Positions 19,712 through 29,478 of a stretch of 64,000 nucleotides of DNA are shown here, in pieces; the stretch's first letter is position 1; the number at the start of each line of letters is the position of its first letter. The stretch covers positions 2,196,669 to 2,260,668 of the forward strand of contig OY969801.1 of NCBI GenBank assembly GCA_963703225.1. Reading direction: 5' to 3'. The translations under genes were made by a program, and so were the position numbers. This DNA is from Candidatus Eiseniibacteriota bacterium. GTDB lineage: Bacteria; Eisenbacteria; RBG-16-71-46; SZUA-252. Below the pieces are notes generated by a model, which did not search any database, was not told the origin of the DNA, and saw nothing but the letters and a program-made list of their open reading frames with translations.

Positions 19712-21067
19712 CTACTGCGATCCCTCCGTTGCACCCGTCTTTCCGGAATCGGGGGCCGCCGGCGTCCCTCCGTTACCGCCCGGTCCCTCTTCTTCGTCGA
19801 GCTCGGGCGCCGGTTTTTCCATGTTGTCGATCATCCACTTCGCGGATCCGGCGAGATCGGAGTCCGGATGCTCCTTCAGGAACTTCTCGAACTCATCGCG
19901 CGCGAGCTCATACTCGCCCAGTTCCTCCGCGTAGGTGAAGCCTATCATGAACTGAGCCTGGATCGAGACGCGTTCCTGGGGGTAGCGTTGGATCAAAGAG
20001 CGGTAGAGATCAATCCGCTCGAGCGGCGTGACCGCCGCCTGCGCTTCCTTGAAAAAGTCTTCGGCGGTCTTTCCGGGCGAGAGCGCGACACGGATCGAGT
20101 CGTCGAAGATGGTCGCCTCCTTCATCATCGAATCCGTGAGGGCCTTTCCGTATTGCTCGCGCTGATCGGAGCGGAGCCTCGAGGCGATCCGCGGCCGCAC
20201 CGACTCGATCGGTTGAGCCGTCTTCTCCTCGCGGGTCTCGACGCGGATCAGGTGCCAGCTCTTCGGGCCCTTCAAGGGCTGGCTCGCTTGATCGATCGGG
20301 AGCGCGTACGCCGCCGCCACGATCGTCGGCGCCTTTCCAATTCCGGGCACGAGGTCGGTGTCCCGCACGACCCATCCCAGAAGGCCGCCCGTCCCGCGGG
20401 TGGCCTGATCGGTGGAGTACTTGGCGCAGGTGGCGTCCCACAGCGCTCCCTTGACGAGCGCGCGGCGAACCTCGGCCGCCTTGGCCTTCGTGGCGAGCTG
20501 AATGTGCCGCACGCGGGCGCGGGCGGGGATGGCGAACTCCTGAGCATGGGAGTCGTAGTAGCTCTGGATCGCCGAATCGGGGACCGCCGGCAGCGCCGAG
20601 GTCTTCCAATCGTAGAAGCGCCGGATCAGAAGGTCCCTGGCCGACTGCTGGAGCGAGGCCTGGTAGAGGGAATCCTTCTCGAGCCCGGCCTTTTGGGCGG
20701 CGTCGTACATCGCCTCCTGCATCACCACGCGCGACACCACGTCGCGATACCCGTCGGGTTGGCGAAGCTGAGTCTGAAGCCCGGCCGGTGCCGTGGCGAT
20801 GAGGGAATCGATCTCATGGCGCGTGATCTTCCGCGAACCCACCACGGCCACGATCGGACCCAACGTGTCGGGTTGGGCGGGATGCCAGACGCGCGAGCCG
20901 GAGGGCCCGCCCGCCCGGGACGCGGCGCCGTTTCCGTCGGCCGGCTTGGGCCCCTTGGAGCAGCCGGCCATGGCCAGAAGAAGAAGGGAGCCAATCGCGG
21001 CGGCCGCACCCCAGCGCGAGGCCGCGGCGCAGCGCCTGGTACCGTTCGGGGCGTGGGCGGAGTTCAT
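19712..21067 (-). CDS. PpiC-type peptidyl-prolyl isomerase lipoprotein with C-terminal TPR-like helix pair
   Basis: Lipobox LAMAGC, ARVRHIQL, AKYSTD..TRGTGGLLGW, WHLIRVE. C-terminal AQFMIGFTYAEEL..FEKFLKEHPDS. Confidence 0.85.
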   Translation of the reverse strand: MNSAHAPNGTRRCAAASRWGAAAAIGSLLLLAMAGCSKGPKPADGNGAASRAGGPSGSRVWHPAQPDTLGPIVAVVGSRKITRHEIDSLIATAPAGLQTQLRQPDGYRDVVSRVVMQEAMYDAAQKAGLEKDSLYQASLQQSARDLLIRRFYDWKTSALPAVPDSAIQSYYDSHAQEFAIPARARVRHIQLATKAKAAEVRRALVKGALWDATCAKYSTDQATRGTGGLLGWVVRDTDLVPGIGKAPTIVAAAYALPIDQASQPLKGPKSWHLIRVETREEKTAQPIESVRPRIASRLRSDQREQYGKALTDSMMKEATIFDDSIRVALSPGKTAEDFFKEAQAAVTPLERIDLYRSLIQRYPQERVSIQAQFMIGFTYAEELGEYELARDEFEKFLKEHPDSDLAGSAKWMIDNMEKPAPELDEEEGPGGNGGTPAAPDSGKTGATEGSQ

Positions 21068-21507
21068 TTCCGTACGACCCACACCTTCACGGGCGCCTCG
21101 ACGTCCTGGAAGAGATGGACAGGCACTTCGAACACGCCGAGTGCCTTGAGCGGCTCGGCGAGCCGAATGTTCTTTCGCTCGATCGCGAAGCCTTCCGCCT
21201 TCAGCGCGTCCTGGATGTCCACCACCGTCACCGAGCCGTAGAGCTGGTCCTCTTCCCCGACCTGCGCGCTGAACTGGAGCGAGACCGCGGCCAGACGGTT
21301 CCGGAGCGCCTCCGCGGCCTGGCGCTGCTTCTGCTCCAGGGAGACCCGCGCCCGCTCTCGATCCTTGAAGACCGCCTGGGAGTTTCCGACCGCGGCGATC
21401 GCCTTCTTGCGGGGAAGCAGAAAGTTGCGGGCATACCCGTCCGCGACGCGCACCGAAGCGCCCCGCTTTCCGAGCCCGCCGATGTCTTCGAGAAGAATGA
21501 CCTCCAT
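21064..21507 (-). CDS. rplI: 50S ribosomal protein L9
   Basis: MEVILLEDI..V.VADGYARNFLLP, LYGSVT. Confidence 0.98.
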   Translation of the reverse strand: MEVILLEDIGGLGKRGASVRVADGYARNFLLPRKKAIAAVGNSQAVFKDRERARVSLEQKQRQAAEALRNRLAAVSLQFSAQVGEEDQLYGSVTVVDIQDALKAEGFAIERKNIRLAEPLKALGVFEVPVHLFQDVEAPVKVWVVRK

Positions 21508-21516
21508 CGTCCCTCC

Positions 21517-22506
21517 TTAGGTATCGTCGCCGCCCTGGCCGAGCGGGTCGCTGGGACCCGGGACGGCGCGGCGGCGGAAATCGTACCACGCGTCGAAAAA
21601 GCCGATTCCCAGGAACGCGAACACGAGAACCGGCATCAAAAGAATGAGAATCAGGATCGCGGCCTGAATCATCCAGCGAAGCTGGAACGCGATCGACATG
21701 AATCGCGCCACCGCGAATCCCTGAATGGTGTAGGCCACCGCGAGCGGGAACGCGAGATTCACCCCCGCTTCCACCGCCGGTTTCCATCGCGTCACGATCA
21801 GGACCAGCGCGAGGGCCACGGCCCACGCCCCGGCCGGGTGCACCCTCCAGGTCGAGAATTCCCCGAACGAGGGGAATCCCTCCTCGTCCTGGAAGAGGAC
21901 CGAGGCGAGCCAGCAGTTGATCGCCATCACGAGCACCCACTTGATCGCGAAGAGCGACGGCAGGAGCAGCGTCCAGATCTTTCCTGTCTGCTCCAGCGCC
22001 CGCTCAAAATCGGCCGCCGAGAGCCCGAGCGTCTGCGAGACGCGATGCTCGCTCTCCAGGCGGCGCACTTCCTCGATCCGTAGCGCCAGAACGTGGCTCA
22101 ACTCGTCGAGCCCGCCGAAGATGAGGTAGGCGGCTCCGACGGCCAGGACCGGCGACGCCGAGAGCACGAGCGCCGTCGAGGCCCGCACGCCCCGGCGCGC
22201 GCAGGCCGCGAGGCAGAGCCCCGATGCCGCGAGGACCGCGACGAAGAAAAGGCGCGACGGCTCCTGGAGCCCCGCGGCATAGACCGCGCCGAGCGTCGCC
22301 GTGGCCGCGAGCGCCCCAAGCAGGAGGCCGACACGACGCGCGAGCCAGAGAATGCCCACCGGGAGAAGGCCGTATCCCCACGGGATCGGGGCCGGCACGT
22401 CGCTCGATGCGGCGGCGATCAGCCCCGCGCCGAGGAGAAGCGCGCCGAGAGCGCGGACGGCCTCCAGTGGGGCGGCCGGCCGGCCCGAATCAGCGGTATT
22501 GCTCAC
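21517..22506 (-). CDS. DUF2232 (YybS-like) membrane protein
   Basis: Multi-TM ORF between rpsR and rplI with the typical C-terminal [14 protein letters not shown]. Confidence 0.8.
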   Translation of the reverse strand: MSNTADSGRPAAPLEAVRALGALLLGAGLIAAASSDVPAPIPWGYGLLPVGILWLARRVGLLLGALAATATLGAVYAAGLQEPSRLFFVAVLAASGLCLAACARRGVRASTALVLSASPVLAVGAAYLIFGGLDELSHVLALRIEEVRRLESEHRVSQTLGLSAADFERALEQTGKIWTLLLPSLFAIKWVLVMAINCWLASVLFQDEEGFPSFGEFSTWRVHPAGAWAVALALVLIVTRWKPAVEAGVNLAFPLAVAYTIQGFAVARFMSIAFQLRWMIQAAILILILLMPVLVFAFLGIGFFDAWYDFRRRAVPGPSDPLGQGGDDT

Positions 22507-22732
22507 TGGTGAACGGCAGGAGCGCCAGGATGCGCGCGCGCTTCACGGCCTCGGTGATCTGCGCCTGATGGCGGGCGCAGGTGCCCGAGATGCGCCGCGG
22601 CACGATCTTTCCGCGGTCGGTGATGAACCGCGTGAGCCGCCGGTCATCCTTGTAATCGATCCGATCCACCTTGTCGAAGCAGAGCTTGCAGAACTTGCGT
22701 CGAAACGATCTAGGTTCGCCGTCGCGAGCCAT
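22490..22732 (-). CDS. rpsR: 30S ribosomal protein S18 (Zn-binding form)
   Basis: [44 protein letters not shown]. Confidence 0.98.
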   Translation of the reverse strand: MARDGEPRSFRRKFCKLCFDKVDRIDYKDDRRLTRFITDRGKIVPRRISGTCARHQAQITEAVKRARILALLPFTSEQYR

Positions 22733-22792
22733 TCACACCTCCTATGATTCGGTTGTTTCGATTGGCACAGAACGAAACGCCGCGCCCGGCGT

Positions 22793-23167
22793 TTACTCGA
22801 TGACCGCGGGGGCGGCCATCGCCGGCCGCTCCGCCCCTTCCTCGGGGCCCTTGACGGCCCCTTCGGGGGGCTTGGGCGATTCCTTGGGCGCGACGATCGT
22901 GAGATGCCGGAGCACGCTCTCGTTGAGCCGGAAGCGCCGGTCCATCTCGGCGATCAACTCCGGCGGGCTCTTGTGCTTGACGTGGACGTAGGTGCCGTCC
23001 CGCCGCTTCCGGATGACGTAGGCGAGCTTGCGCTTTCCCCAGCGCTGCACTTCGATCACCTCGCCGCCGGCCTGGGCGATGGGCTGGGTGACCCGCTCCA
23101 CCTCCTCGTTCACCCGCGCCTCCTCGAGGCTCGGGTCGAAGATTACGGTCGTCTCGTACAGTTTCAT
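22793..23167 (-). CDS. rpsF: 30S ribosomal protein S6
   Basis: YETTVIFDP, WGKRKLAYVI, LNESVLRHL. Confidence 0.97.
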   Translation of the reverse strand: MKLYETTVIFDPSLEEARVNEEVERVTQPIAQAGGEVIEVQRWGKRKLAYVIRKRRDGTYVHVKHKSPPELIAEMDRRFRLNESVLRHLTIVAPKESPKPPEGAVKGPEEGAERPAMAAPAVIE

Positions 23168-23174
23168 CGTTTCC

Positions 23175-23753
23175 TCACTCTTCCGTGGTATCGCGACCGA
23201 ACCGGTTCCACCGGTTCATCGCCTGGGTCAACCCGAGCGCGGCCGCGTCGAACGCGCAGTCCGCCGCGGCCTCGATCACTACGTTGAGGCTCTCCCGCTC
23301 CGCATCCTGAAACGGCGAGAGCACGAACTCCGGCAGATCCGCCGACGGCGGCGCCGGTCCGACACCGATCCGGAGCCTCGGAAATTCCGTGGACCCGGTG
23401 GCTTCCACAATCGACTCGAGGCCCTGGTGGCCGCCCGCGCCGCCGCCCGCGCGGAGCCTCAAGGTCCCGAGCGGGAGGTAGACATCGTCGTACACGACCA
23501 GGATTTCCTGTGCGATCCAGCCATCGGCGAGCAGATCGCGGATCGCCGCCCCGCTCCGATTCATGTACTGCTGCGGCTTCACGAGACGCACCGTGTGCCG
23601 CCCGGCTCTCCCCTCCGCTCGCAGGGTGCCGGCCCCCCGGGACCAGCCCGAGAAACGTCCCAGGCGCCCGACCAGCGCGTCCACCGCCATGAAGCCGGCA
23701 TTGTGGCGCGTGCCCTCGTATTCCCCGCCGGGGTTCCCGAGGCCGACGACCAC
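23175..23753 (-). CDS. pth: Peptidyl-tRNA hydrolase
   Basis: VGLGNPG.EY.GTRHNAGF, KPQQYMNRSG, GGHQGLESI, RLRIGVG. Confidence 0.97.
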   Translation of the reverse strand: MVVGLGNPGGEYEGTRHNAGFMAVDALVGRLGRFSGWSRGAGTLRAEGRAGRHTVRLVKPQQYMNRSGAAIRDLLADGWIAQEILVVYDDVYLPLGTLRLRAGGGAGGHQGLESIVEATGSTEFPRLRIGVGPAPPSADLPEFVLSPFQDAERESLNVVIEAAADCAFDAAALGLTQAMNRWNRFGRDTTEE

Positions 23754-23763
23754 CTTGGCCTCG

Positions 23764-24432
23764 CTAACCTTCCTTGCCTCCCTCCGCTTCCGGTTCCTCT
23801 TCCTTCTTCTCCTTCACCAGCTCGGGCTCCGCCGGGGCTGCTTCCTCCGCCGGCTTCACTTCCTCGAGAATCGTCGGCGGCACGACGGCCGCGATCGCGC
23901 GGTCCGCATCGGTCTTGATGACGACCCGTTCCGCCTTGATGTCGCTCACGTGGAGCGAGTCGCCAATGTTGAGCGCGCTCACCTCCACCTCCAGCCGCGA
24001 CGGGATGTCCGCAGGCAGACACTCCACTTCCACTTCGCGGAGCAAGTGCTCGAGAATTCCCCCGCCGTCTTTGACGCCGATCGGGGTGCCGATGAGGACG
24101 ATCGGAACCTCGACGATGATCCGTTCGGTGAGCGAGATGTGCTGGAGATCCAGGTGCAGGATGACCCCCGCGACCGGGTCGCGCTGGATCTCGCGGATCA
24201 GCGCCTTCCGATCCGACCCGGCGTCTCCCTCCACCTTGAGATCGACGATGACGTTGGACCCCTCCGCCCGGCCGATGACCTCCTCCAGCTCGCGGAGGCC
24301 CACGATGAGGGGAATCGGGTCCTCGCCCCGACCGTAGTAGACGGCGGGTATCCGACCCGCCTGTCGGAGCTTTCTCGCGACGCCTTTGCCGACGTCCGAC
24401 CGGCGCGCGCTCTTCAGCGATAACATGGCCAT
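23764..24432 (-). CDS. rplY: 50S ribosomal protein L25 (long Ctc form)
   Basis: GKGVARKLRQAGRIPAVYYG, IQRDPV..ILHLD, GVKDGGGIL, LNIGDSLHVSD. Confidence 0.97.
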   Translation of the reverse strand: MAMLSLKSARRSDVGKGVARKLRQAGRIPAVYYGRGEDPIPLIVGLRELEEVIGRAEGSNVIVDLKVEGDAGSDRKALIREIQRDPVAGVILHLDLQHISLTERIIVEVPIVLIGTPIGVKDGGGILEHLLREVEVECLPADIPSRLEVEVSALNIGDSLHVSDIKAERVVIKTDADRAIAAVVPPTILEEVKPAEEAAPAEPELVKEKKEEEPEAEGGKEG

Positions 24433-24463
24433 GGTGCTGCTTCCTCCATTTTGCTTCCGCGTG

Positions 24464-25477
24464 TCAGATGAACAGCGAGCTCAGCGATTCCTCATCATGG
24501 ATGCGGCGGATCGCCTCGCCCAAGAGCTCCGCCACGGAGAGCACCCGGATCTTGGAAGGGAGCCGGGCCGGCTCGTGCGGATAGCTGTCGGTGATGATCA
24601 ACTCCTTGATCACCGAGGCCGCGATCCGCTCCTTGGCGTCGCCGCAAAGCACGCCGTGCGTGCACGCGGCGTAAATTTCGCGCGCTCCCGAGTCTTGAAG
24701 TGCGCGCGCGGCTTCGACGAGCGTCGAACCGGTGCTCACAATGTCGTCGAAGATCACGACGTTCTTCCCATCCACTTCCCCGATGACGTTCATCATCTCC
24801 ACCGCGTCGGGCCGCGGGCGTCGCTTGTCGACGATCGCGAGGCTCGCGCTCAGACGCTTGGCGTAGGCGCGGGCCATCTTCACGCTCCCGATGTCCGGCG
24901 CCACGACCACGACGTTCGGGATCTGGAGTCGTAGGAAATAGTCCACCAGAACCGGCGCGGCGTAGAGGTGATCGAACGGGATGTCGAAGAACCCCTGAAT
25001 CTGCGCCGAATGAAGATCCATCGTCATCACCCGGTCCGCGCCCGCGGTGGTGATCAGGTTCGCCACGAGCTTCGCGGTGATCGGGACCCGCGGCTGGTCC
25101 TTCCGATCCTGCCGCTGGAATCCGAAATACGGGATGACCGCGGTCACGCGCCGGGCCGAAGCCCGACGGACGGCATCGATCATGACCAGGAGCTCCATCA
25201 AGTTCGTGGCCGGCGCGAAGGTGGGCTGGAACACGAAGATGTCGGAGCCCCGGATGTTCTCGTTGATCTTGACGAATGTCTCTCCGTCGGCGAACTGGTC
25301 GACGATCGCGTCGCCCAACTCGATCTGGAGGTAGTCGCAAATCGCGCCGGCGAGCGGCCGGTTGGCGTTCCCGCTAAAGAGGCGCAGGCGCGTTTCGGCC
25401 GAGCGCAGCCGGGGCGGCTCGGGCTGCCCTTTCACCGACGGTACCGCGCGCCGGTCGGTAGCTAGCTTCACCGTCAT
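24464..25477 (-). CDS. prs: Ribose-phosphate pyrophosphokinase
   Basis: FADGETFV, PYFGFQRQDRK, MDLHSAQIQGFF, VAPDIG, DDIVSTGST. GGAGG RBS before ATG 25477. Confidence 0.98.
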   Translation of the reverse strand: MTVKLATDRRAVPSVKGQPEPPRLRSAETRLRLFSGNANRPLAGAICDYLQIELGDAIVDQFADGETFVKINENIRGSDIFVFQPTFAPATNLMELLVMIDAVRRASARRVTAVIPYFGFQRQDRKDQPRVPITAKLVANLITTAGADRVMTMDLHSAQIQGFFDIPFDHLYAAPVLVDYFLRLQIPNVVVVAPDIGSVKMARAYAKRLSASLAIVDKRRPRPDAVEMMNVIGEVDGKNVVIFDDIVSTGSTLVEAARALQDSGAREIYAACTHGVLCGDAKERIAASVIKELIITDSYPHEPARLPSKIRVLSVAELLGEAIRRIHDEESLSSLFI

Positions 25478-25504
25478 CGCGACCTCCTGGGATCGATGCC
25501 GAAC

Positions 25505-25544
25505 AAAAAAGACCCGAAGACCGATTGACGGCTTCGTCAATCGG
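25505..25544 (-). terminator. Probable intrinsic terminator/attenuator between tRNA-Gln and prs
   Basis: 10-bp perfect stem ccgattgacg/cgtcaatcgg, followed on the minus strand, 10 nt further on, by a T6 run. Confidence 0.5.
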
Positions 25545-25699
25545 GCCCGAGGCGCCGCGCGGCGCTCGCTGGACCGGAGGAACAAGCCTCCGGGGCCCGG
25601 CGATCGAGGTCAATTGTCTTGGGTCTCATGAGGCGGCCGCACCCGGCGGTCCGCCGTCCTGCCCTACATGTTACAACAAGAGCGCCCCGCGCGACGTGG

Positions 25700-25774
25700 T
25701 GGTTGGGGCGGGAGGATTCGAACCTCCGAATGGGAGATCCAAAGTCTCCTGGCTTACCACTTGCCGACGCCCCA
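25700..25774 (-). tRNA. tRNA-Gln(TTG)
   Basis: Cloverleaf. Anticodon arm ggaga-CTTTGGA-tctcc, TTCGAAT T-loop, encoded CCA. Confidence 0.97.
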
Positions 25775-25837
25775 ATCCGTCATCGCGAGGGAATTCCTTT
25801 CCCCGAGCCGGGCGCCGGCACCGCGTCTGCCAACCGC

Positions 25838-26128
25838 CTAAAGCACCGTGCCGATCAGGGAAGGCTGCTTTGCGCGCTCCCTTTGGTATTCGTCGAGGAT
25901 CCGATCCTCGATGAACTTTCTGGTCTCGTTGTTGATCGGATGCGCGACGTCCTGATAGGTCCCATCCGGCCGCTTTCGGCTCGGCATGGCTACGAACATC
26001 CCATTCGTTCCTTCGATGATCTTGAGGCCTCGGATTACGAATGCGTCATTGAACGTCATGCTCGCAAAGGCTTTCAGCTTGTCGTCATCCCTGAGCGATA
26101 TGCGGACTTCAGTAATCTCGAGTGTCAT
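25838..26128 (-). CDS. spoVG: SpoVG family nucleic-acid-binding protein
   Basis: EITEVRI..KLKAFASMTF..FVIRGLKIIEG.NGMFVAMPSRK..YQDVAHPIN. Confidence 0.97.
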   Translation of the reverse strand: MTLEITEVRISLRDDDKLKAFASMTFNDAFVIRGLKIIEGTNGMFVAMPSRKRPDGTYQDVAHPINNETRKFIEDRILDEYQRERAKQPSLIGTVL

Positions 26129-26237
26129 ACCGTCTCACCCGCCTCGAGTTCCGGACCCCGATCCCTCGAAGTCCCTAGGAGCCCCATCCAGGACTCTGGC
26201 CACGCACCGCACTGCCAACGTCGCCCGGACAATGAGA

Positions 26238-27134
26238 TCACGCAACTGGTGCTACGGTGACGCCACGTTCCAGAGTACGAACCACGCGAACCTCAGCGCC
26301 CCGGCCTGCGATTCCCTTCGCGGCCGTTATCGCTTCGTCGAGCGAGCGAACGACGCCGTAGATCGTCGATCCGCTCCCCGACAGCAGCGCTTTCATCGCG
26401 CCGCCGCCGATGATTGCGCGCTTCAGTTCGGCGAGACTTGGAAATTCGGGAAGGACAACGTCCTCGAAAACGTTGTGCATCGCGCTCGCAACCGCGCCCC
26501 ACTCCCGGCTACCCAGCGCTGACGCGAGGACAGTAGCGCCGCTCGGCCCCGGTGTCAAATGATTTCTGGCCCGACCGTATGCCCAAGTCGTTGAAACACA
26601 GATAGGTGGGCTCACGAGCACCGCCCAGAAGGGCTCCACCGGACAAAGTTGTCTCAGTTGATCGCCCCGGCCCGTCCCGCGAGCGGTCCCACCTCTGACA
26701 AAAAATGGCGCATCGGCGCCGAGGCGCGCCGCCAATACTTCCTGGTCCCCGGCCGAGAGGTCGAGGCCGAACAGACGGGCCGCGCCTGCCAAAAATCCGG
26801 CCGCGTCACTGCTTCCGCCGCCGAGTCCGGCGCCAACCGGTATACGTTTGGTGAGTGTCGCCTGGATTCCGGATAATTTCGATCCAGCTGTCCGTTCACG
26901 GAGAAGCTCCCAGGCCCTCTCCACCAGGTTGGGCCCGTTCGAAGGGATCGGGATACCCCGCGTCTCCAGGGTGAAGCCGGGCGGGCCGGGCCTCAGGATC
27001 AACTCATCTTCGAGGTTCACGGTCTGGAGGATGGTGTCGATCTCGTGGTAGCCGTCCGCCCGACGGCCCAGGATCCACAAGCCCAGATTGATCTTGGCCG
27101 GGCAGCGCACCCGGACCCCAGCAGGCTCTCCCAC
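26238..27134 (-). CDS. ispE: 4-diphosphocytidyl-2-C-methyl-D-erythritol kinase
   Basis: PAKINLGL..ADGYHEI, KRIPVGAGLGGGSSDAA, LGADAPFF, LSGSGST. Confidence 0.97.
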   Translation of the reverse strand: MGEPAGVRVRCPAKINLGLWILGRRADGYHEIDTILQTVNLEDELILRPGPPGFTLETRGIPIPSNGPNLVERAWELLRERTAGSKLSGIQATLTKRIPVGAGLGGGSSDAAGFLAGAARLFGLDLSAGDQEVLAARLGADAPFFVRGGTARGTGRGDQLRQLCPVEPFWAVLVSPPICVSTTWAYGRARNHLTPGPSGATVLASALGSREWGAVASAMHNVFEDVVLPEFPSLAELKRAIIGGGAMKALLSGSGSTIYGVVRSLDEAITAAKGIAGRGAEVRVVRTLERGVTVAPVA

Positions 27135-27137
27135 CGT

Positions 27138-28043
27138 CTATCCGCGCGGCCAGGTCAGGATGGCAACGACCACGGCCGCCCAGAGGATCACGTTGAGAAG
27201 CGTTGCCCGGTCGCTCAGCAAATGCTCGGAGGGGTCTCCCCCCTTGTCCTGGGCATACATCAAATAGAGATAACGAAAGATGCCGTACAAAACGAACGGG
27301 ATCGTCAAATAAATCGGCCGGCCGTCGAACTTGGCCAGGGTCTCGGGCGAGATGGTGTAGACGGCATAGGCGAGCACCGTGGCGCCCGTGACCACCGCGA
27401 CGAGCTGATCCAGAAGCTTCGCGTTGTAGAGGCCGAGCGCCCCGCGGTGGCGCGACGCGTCCGCCTCCAGCACGGTCAGCTCGTGGCGCCGCTTCCCGAT
27501 CGCGAGGAAGAGCGCGAGGAAAAAGGCGCAGACCAGGAGCCACGGGCTGAGCTCGATCGTCTCGGAGCCGGCGTGCGCGCGGTCGCGCATCAGCTCCACG
27601 CCGGCCACGGCGCGGAGCACAAATCCCAGCGCGATCGCGACCACGTCGAGGAGCACGACCTGTTTCCAGAACAGGGAATAGAGGAGCGTGAGCACGACGT
27701 AACCCACCGCGCACGCGCCGAAGCGGGGACCCAGGAGAAAACAGCCGCCGATCCCCAGCGCCAGGAACGCGACCGCGAACGCGGAGGCCGCGACCGGGGA
27801 GAGTGTTCCGGAGGCGACCGGGCGAGCCCGCTTCTCGGGGTGGAGCCGATCGCGCTCGACGTCGAGCACATCATTGAGCATGTAGACGCCTGAGACCGCG
27901 ATCGAGAACGCGAAAAATCCGGCGATAGCGGCGAGCACGAAAGGCGGCTCGAGGATCTTCAGCGTGAAGACCAGTCCGGCGAACAGAACCAGATTCTTGG
28001 TCCACTGGTAGAGCCGCATCGAGCGGACCACCTCACGGATCAT
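27138..28043 (-). CDS. UbiA-family prenyltransferase, decaprenyl-phosphate phosphoribosyltransferase-like
   Basis: MRLYQWTKNL, YMLNDVLDVERDRLHPEKRARPVASG, KRRHEL, TIPFVLYGIFRY. Confidence 0.88.
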   Translation of the reverse strand: MIREVVRSMRLYQWTKNLVLFAGLVFTLKILEPPFVLAAIAGFFAFSIAVSGVYMLNDVLDVERDRLHPEKRARPVASGTLSPVAASAFAVAFLALGIGGCFLLGPRFGACAVGYVVLTLLYSLFWKQVVLLDVVAIALGFVLRAVAGVELMRDRAHAGSETIELSPWLLVCAFFLALFLAIGKRRHELTVLEADASRHRGALGLYNAKLLDQLVAVVTGATVLAYAVYTISPETLAKFDGRPIYLTIPFVLYGIFRYLYLMYAQDKGGDPSEHLLSDRATLLNVILWAAVVVAILTWPRG

Positions 28044-28615
28044 CTTCGCGCCATCTCCTCGGCCCGCTCGCAGCAGAGGTGGCCCACCGCGAGGTGCACT
28101 TCCTGGATGCGCGGGGTAGACCGGCTCGGGACGACCAGGCAGAGGTCGCATCTTCGGGCGAACGAGGCGCCGCCCGCGCCGGTCATGCCGATCACCCTGA
28201 GGCCGCGCGCGCGCGCCGCGCGGACGGCGGCCAGGATGTTGGGCGAACGGCCGCTCGTGGTGAGCGCCACGAGGAGATCGCCGCGTCGGCCGAGCGCTTC
28301 GATCTGGCGCGCATACACGCGCTCGAAGCCGTAGTCGTTTCCGACCGAGGTGAGGATCGAGCTGTCGGTGGTGAGGGCGACGGCCGGCAGGGCACGGCGC
28401 TCCCGCTCGAAGCGCCCGACCAGCTCCGCGGCAAAGTGCTGCGCTTCGGCGGCGCTGCCGCCGTTGCCGCAGAAGAATATCGTCCGTCCCCGCCGAAGCG
28501 TGGCGCCGAAGAGACGCGCCATCCGCTCCACACCGGCCCCGTCGCGCGCGAGCGTTTCCAGGAGGAGCCGCGCGCCCTCCTCGAGGCCACGACGAATCGG
28601 GCTCGGCCGCTTCAC
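28040..28615 (-). CDS. gmhA: Phosphoheptose isomerase (SIS domain)
   Basis: FCGNGGSAAEAQHFAAEL, GNDYGF, TTSGRSPNI, TPRIQEVH. Confidence 0.93.
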   Translation of the reverse strand: MKRPSPIRRGLEEGARLLLETLARDGAGVERMARLFGATLRRGRTIFFCGNGGSAAEAQHFAAELVGRFERERRALPAVALTTDSSILTSVGNDYGFERVYARQIEALGRRGDLLVALTTSGRSPNILAAVRAARARGLRVIGMTGAGGASFARRCDLCLVVPSRSTPRIQEVHLAVGHLCCERAEEMARR

Positions 28616-29472
28616 GCCGCCTCGCCCTCCACTGCTTTCCGGGACGCGAGGTAGTGGTGGAGGGCCTCCTCCCACCGCGGAGGGCTTTCCCCGGTGAGCG
28701 CGCGATACCGGGCGCCCGAGAGGACCGAGTATTTCGGCCGCGCCGCCGGCCGCGGGAATCGCTCGGAGGTGGTCGGCTGGATGGTCGCGGAGGATCCCAG
28801 ATAGCGACCGATCTCTACGGCGAAGCCATACCACGTGGTCTGTCCGGAATTGGTCACGTGGACCGTCCCCGTCGATCCGCGCCGGAGCAGAAGCTCGATC
28901 CCGTGCGCGAGATCCCGGGCGTAGGTGGGGGAGCCGCGCTGGTCGTCGACCACCTCGAGCCCTTCCCCGCGCCCCAGCTTGGTCGCGATCGTGTCGACGA
29001 AGTTCTTGCCCCCATGCCCGAAGAGCCACGAAGTCCGCACGACGAGGTGACGCGCGCCGGAAGCGCGCACCTCCTCCTCGCCGGCCAGCTTCGATCGGCC
29101 GTAGACGTTGATCGGGTTTGGAGAATCCTCTTCCAGGTAGGGGGCGCCCTTGGTGCCGTCGAACACGTAGTCGGTGCTCACGTAGACGATCGCGGCGCCC
29201 CGCTCGCGGGCGAGGTCGGCGACCGTCCGCGTCGCGTCCCGGTTCACGGCCATCGCCTTGTCGGGTTCCGACTCGCAGCCGTCCACGTTCGTCATCGCGG
29301 CGGCGTGGACGATCGCGTCGAACTCGATCCCCTGGGCGGCCGCCCGTATCCGCGCCGCGTCGGTGAGGTCGGCCTCGCCCCTTCCCCAGAGGAGCAGCGA
29401 GTGGGCCTTGCCCAGCCTCTCCGAGAGGGCTCTGCCCAGAATCCCGTTCGCTCCCGTGATCAGTACGCGCAT
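28612..29472 (-). CDS. rfbD: dTDP-4-dehydrorhamnose reductase
   Basis: ITGANGILG, STDYVFDG, YGRSKLAGE, VVDDQRGSPT, RPKYSVL. Confidence 0.96.
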   Translation of the reverse strand: MRVLITGANGILGRALSERLGKAHSLLLWGRGEADLTDAARIRAAAQGIEFDAIVHAAAMTNVDGCESEPDKAMAVNRDATRTVADLARERGAAIVYVSTDYVFDGTKGAPYLEEDSPNPINVYGRSKLAGEEEVRASGARHLVVRTSWLFGHGGKNFVDTIATKLGRGEGLEVVDDQRGSPTYARDLAHGIELLLRRGSTGTVHVTNSGQTTWYGFAVEIGRYLGSSATIQPTTSERFPRPAARPKYSVLSGARYRALTGESPPRWEEALHHYLASRKAVEGEAA

Positions 29473-29478
29473 GGTCCG

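Noticed and set aside
22733-22792. Missing ssb between rpsF and rpsR
   Set aside because: True for this window, but relocation of ssb is common and not remarkable.
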